Source: Camelus dromedarius (Eukaryota). From it: a stretch of 64,000 bases of DNA. Shown here in pieces: positions 41,301-53,084 of the stretch. Position 1 is the first letter of the stretch. Each line of letters opens with the position of its first letter. The translations under genes were made by a program, and so were the position numbers. The DNA lies in contig NC_087436.1 of assembly GCF_036321535.1 (NCBI RefSeq), forward strand, positions 1,860,001 through 1,924,000, written 5' to 3'. Below the pieces are notes generated by a model. That model was not told the DNA's origin, ran no database searches, and saw nothing but the letters and a program-made list of their open reading frames with translations.

Positions 41301-44300
41301 GCAGTTTTCACTGTAATACCGAGTTGGAGCTAGTACTTCCCATAAATATGTGTGAAATGGATTTTGCAACTGAAAAGAAACTTTGTGTTCCCAACAAGCT
41401 AGGTGAAGGACGGCTTTCACACACACTTATCTCTCAGCACTGAGCATGTGGAGAGACGTTCGTTTATAAAGCACAAAGGGAACGGTTTGCAGGAGAAACT
41501 TTTACTCTATTTCTCAGTCTGTTTCCTAGTGCCGGTTTGAAGTTCCTGCAGTTTTCACTGTAAAACTGAGTTGGAGCTAGTACCTCCCCATATATATGTA
41601 TGGAGTGGAGTTTGCAACTGAAAAGAAACTTTGTGTTCCCAACAAGCTAGGTGAAGGACGGCTTTCACACACACTTATCTCTCAGAAATGAGCATGTGGA
41701 GAGACGTTCGTTCATCTAGCTCATAGGGAACGGGTTGCAGGATAAACTTTTACTCTGGTTTCTCAGTCTGTTTCCTAGTGCCGGTTTGAAGTTCCTGCAG
41801 TTTTCACTGTAAAAACGTGTTGGAGCTAGTACCTCCCCATATATATTTATGGAGAGGAGTTTGCAACTGAAAAGAAACTTTGTGTTCCCAACAAGCTAGG
41901 TGAAGTGCGGCTTTCACACCCAATTATCTCTCAGAACTGAGCATGTGGAGAGTCATTCTTTCATCTAGCACAAAGGGAAAGGTTTGCAGGAGAAACTTTT
42001 ACTCTGGTTTCTCAGTCTGTTTCCTAGTGCCGGTTTGAAGTTCCTGCAGTTTTCAGTGTAAAACCGAGTTGGAGCTAGTACTTCCCCATATATATGTATG
42101 GAGTGGAGTTTGCAACTGAAAAGGAACTTTGTGTTCCCAACAAGTTAGGTGAAGGACGGCTTTCACACACAATTAACTCTCAGAACTGAGCATGTGGAGA
42201 GACGTTCGTTCATAAAGCACAAAGGGAACGGGATTCAGGAGAAACTTTTACTCTGCTTCTCAGTCTGTTTCCTAGTGCCGTTTTGAAGTTCCTGCAGTTT
42301 TCATTGTAAAACCGAGTTGGAGCTAGTACCTCCCCATATATATGTATGGAATGGAGTTTGCAACTGAAAAGTAACTTTGTGTTCCCAACAAGCTAGGTGA
42401 AGGACGGCTTTCACACACAATTATCTCTCAGATCTGAGCATGTGGAGAGACGTTCGTTCATCAAGCACAAATGGAATGGGTTGCAGTAGAAACTTTTACT
42501 CTGATTCTCAGTCTTTTTCCTAGTGCTGGTTTGAAGTTCCTGCAGTTTTCACTGTAAAACCGAGTTGGAGCTTTTACCTCCCCATATATATGTATGGAGT
42601 GGAGTTTGCAAGTGAAAAGAAACTTTGTGTTCCCAACAAGCTAGGTGAAGGACGGCTTTCCCACACACTTATCTCTCAGAAATGAGCATGTGGAGAGACG
42701 TTCGTTTATAAAGCACAAAGGGAACGGGTTGCAGGAGAAAGTTTTACTCTGGTTTCTCAGTCTGTTTCCTAATGCCGGTATGAAGTTCCTGCAGTTTTCA
42801 CTGTAAAACCGAGTTGGAGCTATTACCTCCCCATATATATGAATGGAGTTGAGATTGCAACTGAAAAGAAACTTTGTGTTCCCAACAAGTTAGTTGAAGG
42901 ACGGCTTCACACACACTTATCTCTCAGAACTGATCATGTGGAGAGACGTTAGTTCATAAAGCACAAAGGGAACGGGTTGCAGGAGAAATTTTTACTGTGT
43001 TTCTCAGTCTGTTTCCTAGTGCCGGTTTGAAGTTCCAGCATTTTTCACTGTAAAACCGAGATGGAGCTAGTACCTCCCCATGTATATGTATGGAGTGGTG
43101 TTTGCAACTGAAAAGAAACTTTGTGTTCCCAATAAGTATGGTGAAGGACGGCTTTCACACACACATATCTGTCAGAAATGAGCATGTGGAGAGACGTTCG
43201 TTCATCTAGCACAAAGGAAACGGGTTGCAGGAGAAACTTTTACTCTGGTTTCTCAGTCTGTTTCCTAGTGCCGGTTTGAATTTCCTGCAGTTTTCACTGT
43301 AAAACCGAGTTGGAGCTAGTACCTCCCCATATATATGTATGGAGTGGAGTTTGCAACTGAAAAGAAACTTGGTGTTCCCAACAAGCTAGGTGAAGTGCGG
43401 CTTTCACACACACTTATCTCTCAGAACTGAGCATGTGGAGAGACGTTCGTTCATCTAGCACAAAGGGAACGAGTTCCAGGAGAAACATATACTCTGGTTT
43501 CTCAGTCTGTTTCCTAATGCCGGTTTGAAGTTAATGAAGATTTCACTGTAAAACCGAGTTGGAGCTAGTACCTCCCCATATATATGTATGGAGTGGAGTT
43601 TGCAACTGAAAAGAAATATGTGTTCCCAACAAGCTAGTTGAAGTACGGCTTTCACACACACTTATCTCTCAGAAATGAGCATGTGGAGAGACGTTCGTTC
43701 ATCAAGCACAAAGGGAACGGGTTGCAGGAGAAACTTTTCTCTGTTTCTCAGTCTGTTTCCTAGTGCCGGTTTGAAGTTCCTGCAGTTTTCACTGTAAAAC
43801 CGAGTTGGAGCTAGTACCTCCCCATATGTATGTATGGAGTGGAGTTTGCAACTGAAAAGAAACTTTGTGTTCCCAACAAGCTAGGTGAAGGACCGGTTTC
43901 AGACACAATTATCTCTCAGAATTGAGCATGTGGAGAGTCATTCGTTCATCTAGCACAAAGGGAACGGTTTGCAGGAGAAACTTTTTCTCTGGATTCTCAG
44001 TCTGTTTCCTAGTTCCGGTTTGAAGTTCCTGCAGTTTTCATTGTAAAACCGAGTTGGGGCTATTACCTACCCTTATATATGTATGGAATGGAGTTTGCAT
44101 CTGAAAAGAAACTTTGTGTTCCCAACAAGGTAGTTGAAGAAGGCTTTCACACACACTTATCTCTCAGAACTGAGCATGTGAAGAGAGGTTCGTTCATCTA
44201 GCACAAAGGGAACGGGTTGCAGGAGAAAGTTATTCTCTGGATTCTCAGTCTGTTTCCTAGTGCCGGGTTGAAGTTCCTGCAGTTTTCACTGTAAAACAGA

Positions 44301-44700
44301 GTTTGGGCTTGTACCTCCCCAAATATATATATGGAGTGGAATTTGCAACTGAAAAGTAACTTTGTGTTCCCAACAAGCTATGTGAAGGACGGCTTTCACA
44401 CACACTTATCTCTCAGAACTGAGCATGTGGAGAGACGTTCGTTCACCTAGCAAAAATGGAACGAGTTGCAGGAGTAACTATTACTCTGGTTTCTCAGTCT
44501 GTTTCCTAGTGCCATTTTGAAGTTCTTGCAGTTTTCACTGTAATACCGAGTTGGAGCTAGTACCTCCCCATAAATATGTGTGGAGTGGAATTTGCAACTG
44601 AAAAGAAACTTTGTGTTCCCACCAAGCTAGGTGAAGGACGGCTTTCACACACAATTATCTCTCAGAACTGAGCATGTGGAGAGTCGTTCGTTCATTTAGC
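17400..44700. repeat. Recently amplified higher-order repeat domain, about 6 copies, variable unit length
   Basis: Private markers recur six times: GTGGGGAGACG (about 17585, 21812, 27031, 32498, 35481, 39211) and CAGTAAGTT (about 19643, 23870, 29089, 34058, 37539, 41268). Near-identical ORFs lie at 19573, 23800, 29019, 33988, 37469 and 41198. Confidence 0.92.
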
Positions 44701-47700
44701 ACAAAGGGAACGGGTTTTAGGAGAAACATTTACTCTGGTTTCTCAGTCTGTTTCCTATTGCCGGTTTGAAGTTAATGAAGATTTCACTGTAAAACCGAGT
44801 TGGAGCTAGTACTTCCCCATATATATGTATGGAGTGGGGTTTGCAACTGAAAAGAAACATGTGTTCCCAACAAGCTAGTTGAAGGACGGCTTTCTCACAC
44901 ACTTATCTCTCAGAAATGAGCATGTGGAGAGACGTTCGTTCATCAAGCACAAAGGGAACGGGTTGCAGGAGAAACTTTTACTCTGTTTCTCAGTCTGTTT
45001 CCTAGTGCCGGTTTGAAGTTCCTGCAGTTTTCACTGTAAAACCGAGTTGGAGCTAGTACCTCCCCATATATATGTATGGAGTGGAGTTTGCTACTGAAAA
45101 GAAACTTTGTGTTCCCAACAAGCTAGGTGAAGGACGGCTTTCAGACACAAATATCTCTCAGAATTGAGCATGTAGAGAGTCATTCGTTCATCTAGCACAA
45201 AGGGAACGGTTTGCAGGAGAAACTTTTACTCTGGATTCTCAGTCTGTTTCCTAGTGCCGTTTTGAAGTTCCTGCAGTTTTCACTGTAAAACCGAGTTGGA
45301 GCTAGTACCAACCCATATATATGTATGGAGTGGAGTTTGCAACTGAAAAGAAACTTTGTGTTCCCAACAAGCTAGGTGAAGGACGGCTTTCACACACACT
45401 TAACTCTCAGAAATGAGCATGTGGAGAGACGTTCGTTCATCTAGCAAAAAGGGAACAGGTTGCAGGAGAAACTCTTACTCTGGTTTCTCAGTCTGTTTCC
45501 TAGTGCCAGTTTGAAGTTCCTGCAGTTTTCACTGTAAAACCGATTTGGAGCTAGTACCTCCCCATATATATGTATGGAGTGGAGTTTGCAACTGAAAAGA
45601 AACTTTGTGTTACCAAGAAGCTAGGTGAAGGACGGCTTTCACACACACTTATCTCTCAGAACTGAGCATGTGGAGAGACGTTCGTTCATCTAGCACAAAG
45701 GGAACGGGTTGCAGAAGAAACTTTTTCTCTGTATTCTCAGTCTGTTTCCTAGTGCCGGTTTGAAGTACCTGCTGTTTTCACTGTAAAACCGAGTTGGGGC
45801 TTGTACCTACCCATATATATGTATTTAGTGGAGTTTGCATCTGGAAAGAAACATTGTGTTCCCCACAAGGTAGGTGAAGGACGGCTTTCACACACACTTA
45901 TCTCTCAGAACTGAGCATGTGGAGAGACGTTCGTTCATCTAGCACAAAGGGAACGGGTTGCAGGAGAAACTTTTACTCTGGTTTCTCAGTCTGTTTCCTA
46001 GTGCCGGTTTGAAGTTCCTGCAGTTTTCACTGTAAAACCGAGTTGGAGCTAGTACCTCCTCATATATATGTATGGAGTGGAGTTTGCAACTGAAAACAAA
46101 CTTTGTGTTCCCAACAAGCTAGGTGAAGGACGGCTTTCACACACACATATCTCTCAGAACTGAGCATGTTGAGAGTCGTTCGTTCATAAATCACAAAGGG
46201 AACGTGTTGCAGGAGAAACTTTTACTCTGTTTCTCAGTCTGTTTCCTAGTGCCGGTTTGATGTTCCTGCAGTTTTCACTGTAAAACCGAGTTGGGGCTAG
46301 TACCTCCCCATATATATGTATGGAGTGGAGTTTGCAACTGAAAAGAAACTTTGTGTTCCCAACAAGCTAGGTGAAGGACGGCTTTCACACACAATTAAAT
46401 CTCAGAACTGAGCATGTGGAGAGACGTTCGTTCATAAATCACAAAAGGAACGGGTTGCAGGAGAAACTTTTACTCTGTTTCTCAGTCTGTTTCCTAGTGC
46501 CGGTTTGAATTTCCAGCAGTTTTCACTGTAAAACCGAGTTGGATCTAGTACCTCCCCATATATATGTATGGAGTGGAGTTTGCAACTGAAAAGAAACTTT
46601 GTGTTCCCAACAAGCAAGGTGAAGGACAGCTTTCACACACACTTATCTCTCAGAAATGAGCATGTGGAGAGACGTTCGTTCATCTAGCACAAAGGGAACG
46701 GGTTTCAGGAGAAACTTTTACTCTGGTATCTCAGTCTGTTTCCTAGTGCCGGTTTGAAGTTCCTGCAGTTTTCACTGTAAAACCGAGTTGGAGCTAGTAC
46801 CTCCCAATATACATTTATGGAGTGGAGTTTGCAACTGAAAAGAAACATTGTGTTCCCAAAATGCTAGGTGAAAGACGGCTTTCACACACACTTATCTCTC
46901 AGAACTGAGCATGTGGAGAGACGTTCGTTCACCTAGGAAAAAGGGAACGAGTTGCAGGTGTAACTTTTACTCTGGTTTCTCAGTATCTTTCCTAGTGCCA
47001 TTTGGAAGTTCTTGCAGTTTTCACTGTAATACAGAGTTGGAGCTAGTACCTCCCCATATATATGTATGGAGTGGAGTTTGCAACTGAAAAGAAACTTTGT
47101 GTTCCCAAAAAGCTAGGTGAAGGACGGCTTTCACACACACTTATATCTCAGAACTGAGCATGTGGAGAGACGTTCGTTCACCTAGCAAAAATGGAACGAG
47201 TTGCAGTAGTAACTTTTACTCTGGTTTCCCAGTCTGTTTCCTAGTGCCATTTTGAAGTTTTTGCAGTTTTCACTGTAATACAGAGTTGGAGCTAGTACCT
47301 CCCCATATATATGTTTGGAGTGGAGTTTGCAACTGAAAAGAAACTTTGTGTTCCCAAAAAGCTAGGTGAAGGGCGGCTTTCACACACACTTATCTCTCAG
47401 CACTGAGCAAGTGGAGAGACGTTCGTTTATAAAGCACAAAGGGAACGGGTTGCAGGAGAAATTTTTACTCTATTTCTCAGTCTGTTTCCTAGTGCCGGTT
47501 TGAAGTTCCTGCAGTTTTCACTGTAAAACCGAGTTGGAGCTAGTACCTCCCCATATATATGTATGGAGTGGAGTTTGCAACTGAAAAGAAACTTTGTGTT
47601 CCCAACAAGCTAGGTGAAGGACGGCTTTCACACACACTTATCTCTCAGAAATGAGCATGTGGAGAGATGTTCTTTCATCTAGCTCAAAGGGAACGGGTTG

Positions 47701-50700
47701 CAGGATAAACTTTTACTCTGGTTTCTCAGTCTGTTTCCTAGTGACGGTTTGAAGTTCCTGCAGTTTTCACTGTAAAACCGTGTTGGAGCTAGTACTTCAC
47801 CATATATATTTATGGAGAGGAGTTTGCAACTGAAAAGAAACTTTGTGTTCCCAACAAGCTAGGTGAAGTGCGGCTTTCACACCAAATTATCTCTCAAAAC
47901 TTAGCATGTGGAGAGTCATTCTTTCATCTAGCACAAAGGGAAAGGTTTGCAGGAGAAACTTTTACTCTGGTTTCTCAGTCTGTTTCCTAGTGCCGGTTTG
48001 AAGTTCCTGCAGTTTTCACTGTAAAACCGAGTTGGAACTAGTACCTCCCCATATATATGTATGGAGTGGAGTTTGCAACTGAAAAGGAACTTTGTGTTCC
48101 CAACAAGCTAGGTGAAGGACGGCTTTCACACACAATTAACTCTCAGAACTGAGCATGTGGAGAGACGTTCGTTCATAAAGCACAAAGGGAACGGGCTGCA
48201 GGAGAAACTTTTACTCTGCTTCTCAGTCTGTTTCCTAGTGCCGTTTTGAAGTTCCTGCAGTTTTCATTGTAAAACCGAGTTGGAGCTAGTACCTCCCCAT
48301 ATATATGTATGGAATGGAGTTTGCAACTGAAAAGTAACTTTGTGTTCCCAACAAGCTAGGTGAAGGACGTCTTTCACACACAATTATCTCTCAGATCTGA
48401 GCATGTGGAGAGACGTTCGTTCATCAAGCACAAAGGGAATGGGATGCAGTAGAAACTTTTACTCTGATTCTCAGTCTGTTTCCTAGTGCTGGTTTGAAGT
48501 TCCTGCAGTTTTCACTGTAAAACAGAGTTGGAGCTTTTACCTCCCCATATATATGTATGGAGTGGAGTTTGCAAGTGAAAAGAAACTTTGTGTTCCCAAC
48601 AAGCTAGGTGAAGGACGGCTTTCCCACACACTTATCTCTCAGAAATGAGCATGTGGAGAGAAGTTCGTTTATAAAGCACAAAGGGAACGGGTTGCAGGAG
48701 AAAGTTTTACTCTGGTTTCTCATTCTGTTTCCTAGTGCCGGTTTGAAGTTCCTGCAGTTTTCACTGTAAAATCGTTGGAGCTAGTACCTCCCCATATATA
48801 TGTATGGAGTGGAGTTTGCATCTGAAAAGAAAATTTGTGTTCCCAAGAAGCTAGGTGAAGGACGGCTTTCACCCACACTTAACTCTCAGAAATGAGCATG
48901 TGGAGAGACGTTCGTTCATCTAGGACAAAGGAAACGGGTTGCAGGAGAAACTTTTACTCTGGTTTCTCAGTCTGTTTCCTAATGCCGGTTTGAAGTTCCT
49001 GCAGTTTTCACTGTAAAACCGAGTTGGAGCTAGTACCTCCCCATATATATGAATGGAGTTGAGATTGCAACTGAAAAGAAAATTTGTGTTCCCAAAAAGT
49101 TAGTTGAAGGACGGCTTCACACACACTTATCTCTCAGAACTGATCATGTGGAGAGACGTTAGTTCATAAAGCACAAAGGGAACGGGTTGCAGGAGAAATT
49201 TTTACTCTGTTTCTCAGTCTGTTTCCTAGTGCCGGTTTGAAGTTCCAGAATTTTTCACTGTAAAACCGAGTTGGAGCTAGTACGTCCCCATGTATATGTA
49301 TGGAGTGGTGTTTGCAACTGAAAAGAAACTTTGTGTTCCCAATAAGTATGGTGAAGGACGGCTTTCACACACACATATCTGTCAGAAATGAGCATGTGGA
49401 GAGACGTTCGTTCATCTAGCACAAAGGAAACGGGTTGCAGGAGAAACTTTTACTCTGGTTTCTCAGTCTGTTTCCTAGTGCCGGTTTGAATTTCCTGCAG
49501 TTTTCACTGTAAAACCGAGTTGGAGCTAGTACCACCCCATATATATGTATGGAGTGGAGTTTGCAACTGAAAAGAAACTTTGTGTTCCCAACAAGCTAGG
49601 TGAAGGGCGGCTTTCACAAACACTTATCTCTCAGAACTGAGCATGTGGAGAGACGATCGTTCATCTAGCAAAAAGGGAACGGGTTGCAGGAGAAAGTTTT
49701 ACTCTGGTTTCTCAGTCTGTTTCCTAGTGCCGGTTTGAAGTTCCTGCAGTTCTCTCTGTAAAACCGAGTTGGAGCTAGTACCTCCCCATATATATGTATG
49801 GAGTGGAGTTTGCAACTGAAAAGAAACTTTGTGTTCCCAACAAGCTAGGTGAAGAACGGCATTCACACACACTTATCTCTCAGAACTGAGCATGTGGAGA
49901 GACGTTCGTTCATCTAGCAAAAAGGGAACGGGTTGCAGGAGAAACTTGTACTCTGGTTTCTCAGTCTGTTTCCTAGTGCCGGTATGAAGTTCCTCCAGTT
50001 TTCACTGTAAAACCGAATTGGAGCTAGTACCTCCCCATATATATGTATGGAGTGGAGTTTGCAACTGAAAAGAAACTTTGTGTTCCCAAAAAGCTAGGTG
50101 AATGACGGCTTTCACACACACTTATCTCTTAGAACTGAGCATGTGGAGAGACGTTCGTTCACCTAGCAAAAATGGAACGAGTTGCAGTAGTAACTTTTAC
50201 TCTGGTTTCTCAGTCTGTTTCCGAGTGCCATTTTGAAGTTCTTGCAGTTTTCACTGTAATACCGAGTTGGAGCTAGTACCTCCCCATAAATATGTGTGGA
50301 GTGGATTTTGCAACTGAAAAGAAACATTGTGTTCCCAACAAGCTAGGTGAAGGACGGCTTTCACACACACTTATTTCACAGAAGTGAGCATGTTTAGAGA
50401 CGTTCGTTCATCTAGCACAAAGGGAACGGGTATCAGGATAAACAATTACTCTGGTTTCTCAGTCTGTTTCCTAGTGCCGGTTTAAAGTTCCTGCAGTTTT
50501 CACTGTAAAACCGAGTTGGGACTAGTACCTCCCCATATATATGTATGGAGTGGAGTTTGCAACTGAAAAGAAACTTTGTGTTCCCAACAAGCTAGGTGAA
50601 CGGCGGCTTTCACAGACAATTATCTCTCAGAACTGAGCATGTGGAGAGTCATTCGTTCATCTAGCAAAACGGGAACGGTTTGCAGGAGAAAGTTTTACTC

Positions 50701-51446
50701 TGGTTTCTCAGTCTGTTTCCCAGTACCGGTTTGAAGTTCCTGCAGTTTTCTCTGTAAACCGAGTTGGAGCTAGTACCTCCCCATATATATATATGGAGTG
50801 GAGTTTGCAACTGAAAAGAAACTTTGTGTTCCCAACAAGCTAGGTGAAGAACGGCTTTCACACACACTTATCTCTCAGAACTGAGCATGTGGAGAGAAGT
50901 TCGTTCATCTAGCAAAAACGGAACGGGTTGCAGGAGAAACTTTTACTCTGGTTTCTCAGTCTGTTTCCTAGTGCCGGTTTGAAGTTCCTGCAGTTTTCAC
51001 TGTAAAACTGAGTTGGGGCTAGTACCTACCCATATATATGTATGGAGTGGAGTTTGCATCTGAAAAGAAACTTTGTGTTCCCTACAAGCTAGGTGAAGGA
51101 CGGCTTTCACACACAATTATCTCTCAGAACTGAGCATGTGGAGAGACGTTCGTTCATCAAGCACAAAAGGAACGGGCTGCAGGAGAACTTTTACTCTGCT
51201 TCTCAGTCTGTTTCCTAGTGCCGGTTTGAAGTTCCTGCAGTTTTCATTGTAAAACCGAGTTGGAGCTAGTACCTCCCCATATATATGTATGGAGTGGAGT
51301 TTGCAACTGAAAAGAAACTTTGTGTTCCCAAAAAGCTAGGTGAAGGACGGCTTTCACACACAATTATCTCTCAGAACTGAGCATGTGGAGAGACGTTCGT
51401 TCATCTAGCACAAAGGGAACGGGTTGCAGGAGAAACTTTTACTCTG

Positions 51447-52008
51447 GTTTCTCAGTCTGTTTCCTAGTGCCGGTTTGAAGTTCCTGCAGTTTTCACTGTA
51501 AAACCGAGTTGGAGCTAGTACCTCCCCATATATATGTATGGAGTGGACTTTGCAACTGAAAAGAAACTTTGTGTTCCCAACAAGCTAGGTGAAGGACGGC
51601 TTTCACACACACATATCTCTCAGAACTGAGCATGTGGAGAGACGTTCGTTCATAAATAACAAAGGGAACGGGTTGCAGGAGAAACTTTTACTCTGTTTCT
51701 CAGTCTGTTTCCTAGTGCCGGTTTGAAGTTCCTGCAGTTTTCACTGTAAAACCGAGTTGGAGCTAGTACCTCCCCATATATATGTATGGAGTGGACTTTG
51801 CAACTGAAAAGAAACTTTGTGTTCCCAACAAGCTAGGTGAAGGACGGCTTTCACACACACATATCTCTCAGAACTGAGCATGTGGAGAGACGTTCGTTCA
51901 TAAATAACAAAGGGAACGGGTTGCAGGAGAAACTTTTACTCTGTTTCTCAGTCTGTTTCCTAGTGCCGGTTTGAAGTTCCTGCAGTTTTCACTGTAAAAC
52001 CGAGTTGG
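51447..52008. repeat. Single-monomer (248 bp) exact tandem duplication
   Basis: Variants GTGGACTTTG, ACACATATCT and CATAAATAAC occur together in two adjacent monomers 248 bp apart (51543 and 51791). Confidence 0.9.
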
Positions 52009-53084
52009 GGCTAGTACCTCCCCATATATATGTATGGAGTGGAGTTTGCAACTGAAAAGAAACTTTGTGTTCCCAACAAGCTAGGTGAAGGGCGGCTTTC
52101 ACACACACTTATCTCTCTGAACTGAGCATGTGGAGAGACGTTCGTTCATAAATCACAAAAGGAACGGGTTGCAGGAGAAACTTTTACTCTGTTTCTCAGT
52201 CTGTTTCCTAGTGCCGGTTTGAAGTTCCTGCATTTTTCTCTGTAAAACCGAGTTGGAACTAGTACCTCCCCATATATATGTATGGAGTGGAGTTTGCAAC
52301 TGAAAAGAAACTTTGTGTTCCAAACAAGCTATGTGAAGGACGTCTTTCACACACACTTATCTCTCAGAACTGAGCATGTGGAGAGACGTTCGTTCACCTA
52401 GGAAAAAGGGAACGAGTTGCAGGTGTAACTTTTACTCTGGTTTCTCAGTATGTTTCCTAGTGCCATTTGGAAGTTTTTGCAGTTTTCACTGTAATACAGA
52501 GTTGGAGCTAGTACCTCCCCATATATATGTATGGAGTGGAGTTTGCAACTGAAAAGAAACTTTGTGTTCCCAAAAAGCTATGTGAAGGACTGCTTTCACA
52601 CACACTTATCTCTCAGAACTGAGCATGTGGAGAGACGTTCGTTCACCTAGCAAAAATGGAACGAGTTGCAGTAGTAACTTTTACTCTGGTTTCCCAATCT
52701 GTTTCCTAGTGCCATTTTGAAGTTTTTGCTGTTTTCACTGTAATACCGAGTTGGAGCTAGTACTTCCCATAAATATGTGTGAAATGGATTTTGCAACTGA
52801 AAAGAAACTTTGTGTTCCCAACAAGCTAGGTGAAGGACGGCTTTCACACACACTTATCTCTCAGAACTGAGCATGTGGAGAGACGTTCGTTTATAAAGCA
52901 CAAAGGGAACGGGTTGCAGGAGAAACTTTTACACTGTTTCTCAGTCTGTTTCCTAGTGACGGTTTGAAGTTCCTGCAGTTTTCACTGTAAAACCGAGTTG
53001 GAGCTAGTACCTCCCCATATATATGTATGGAGTGGAGTTTGCAACTGAAAAGAAACTTTGTGTTCCCAACCAGCTTGGTGAAGG

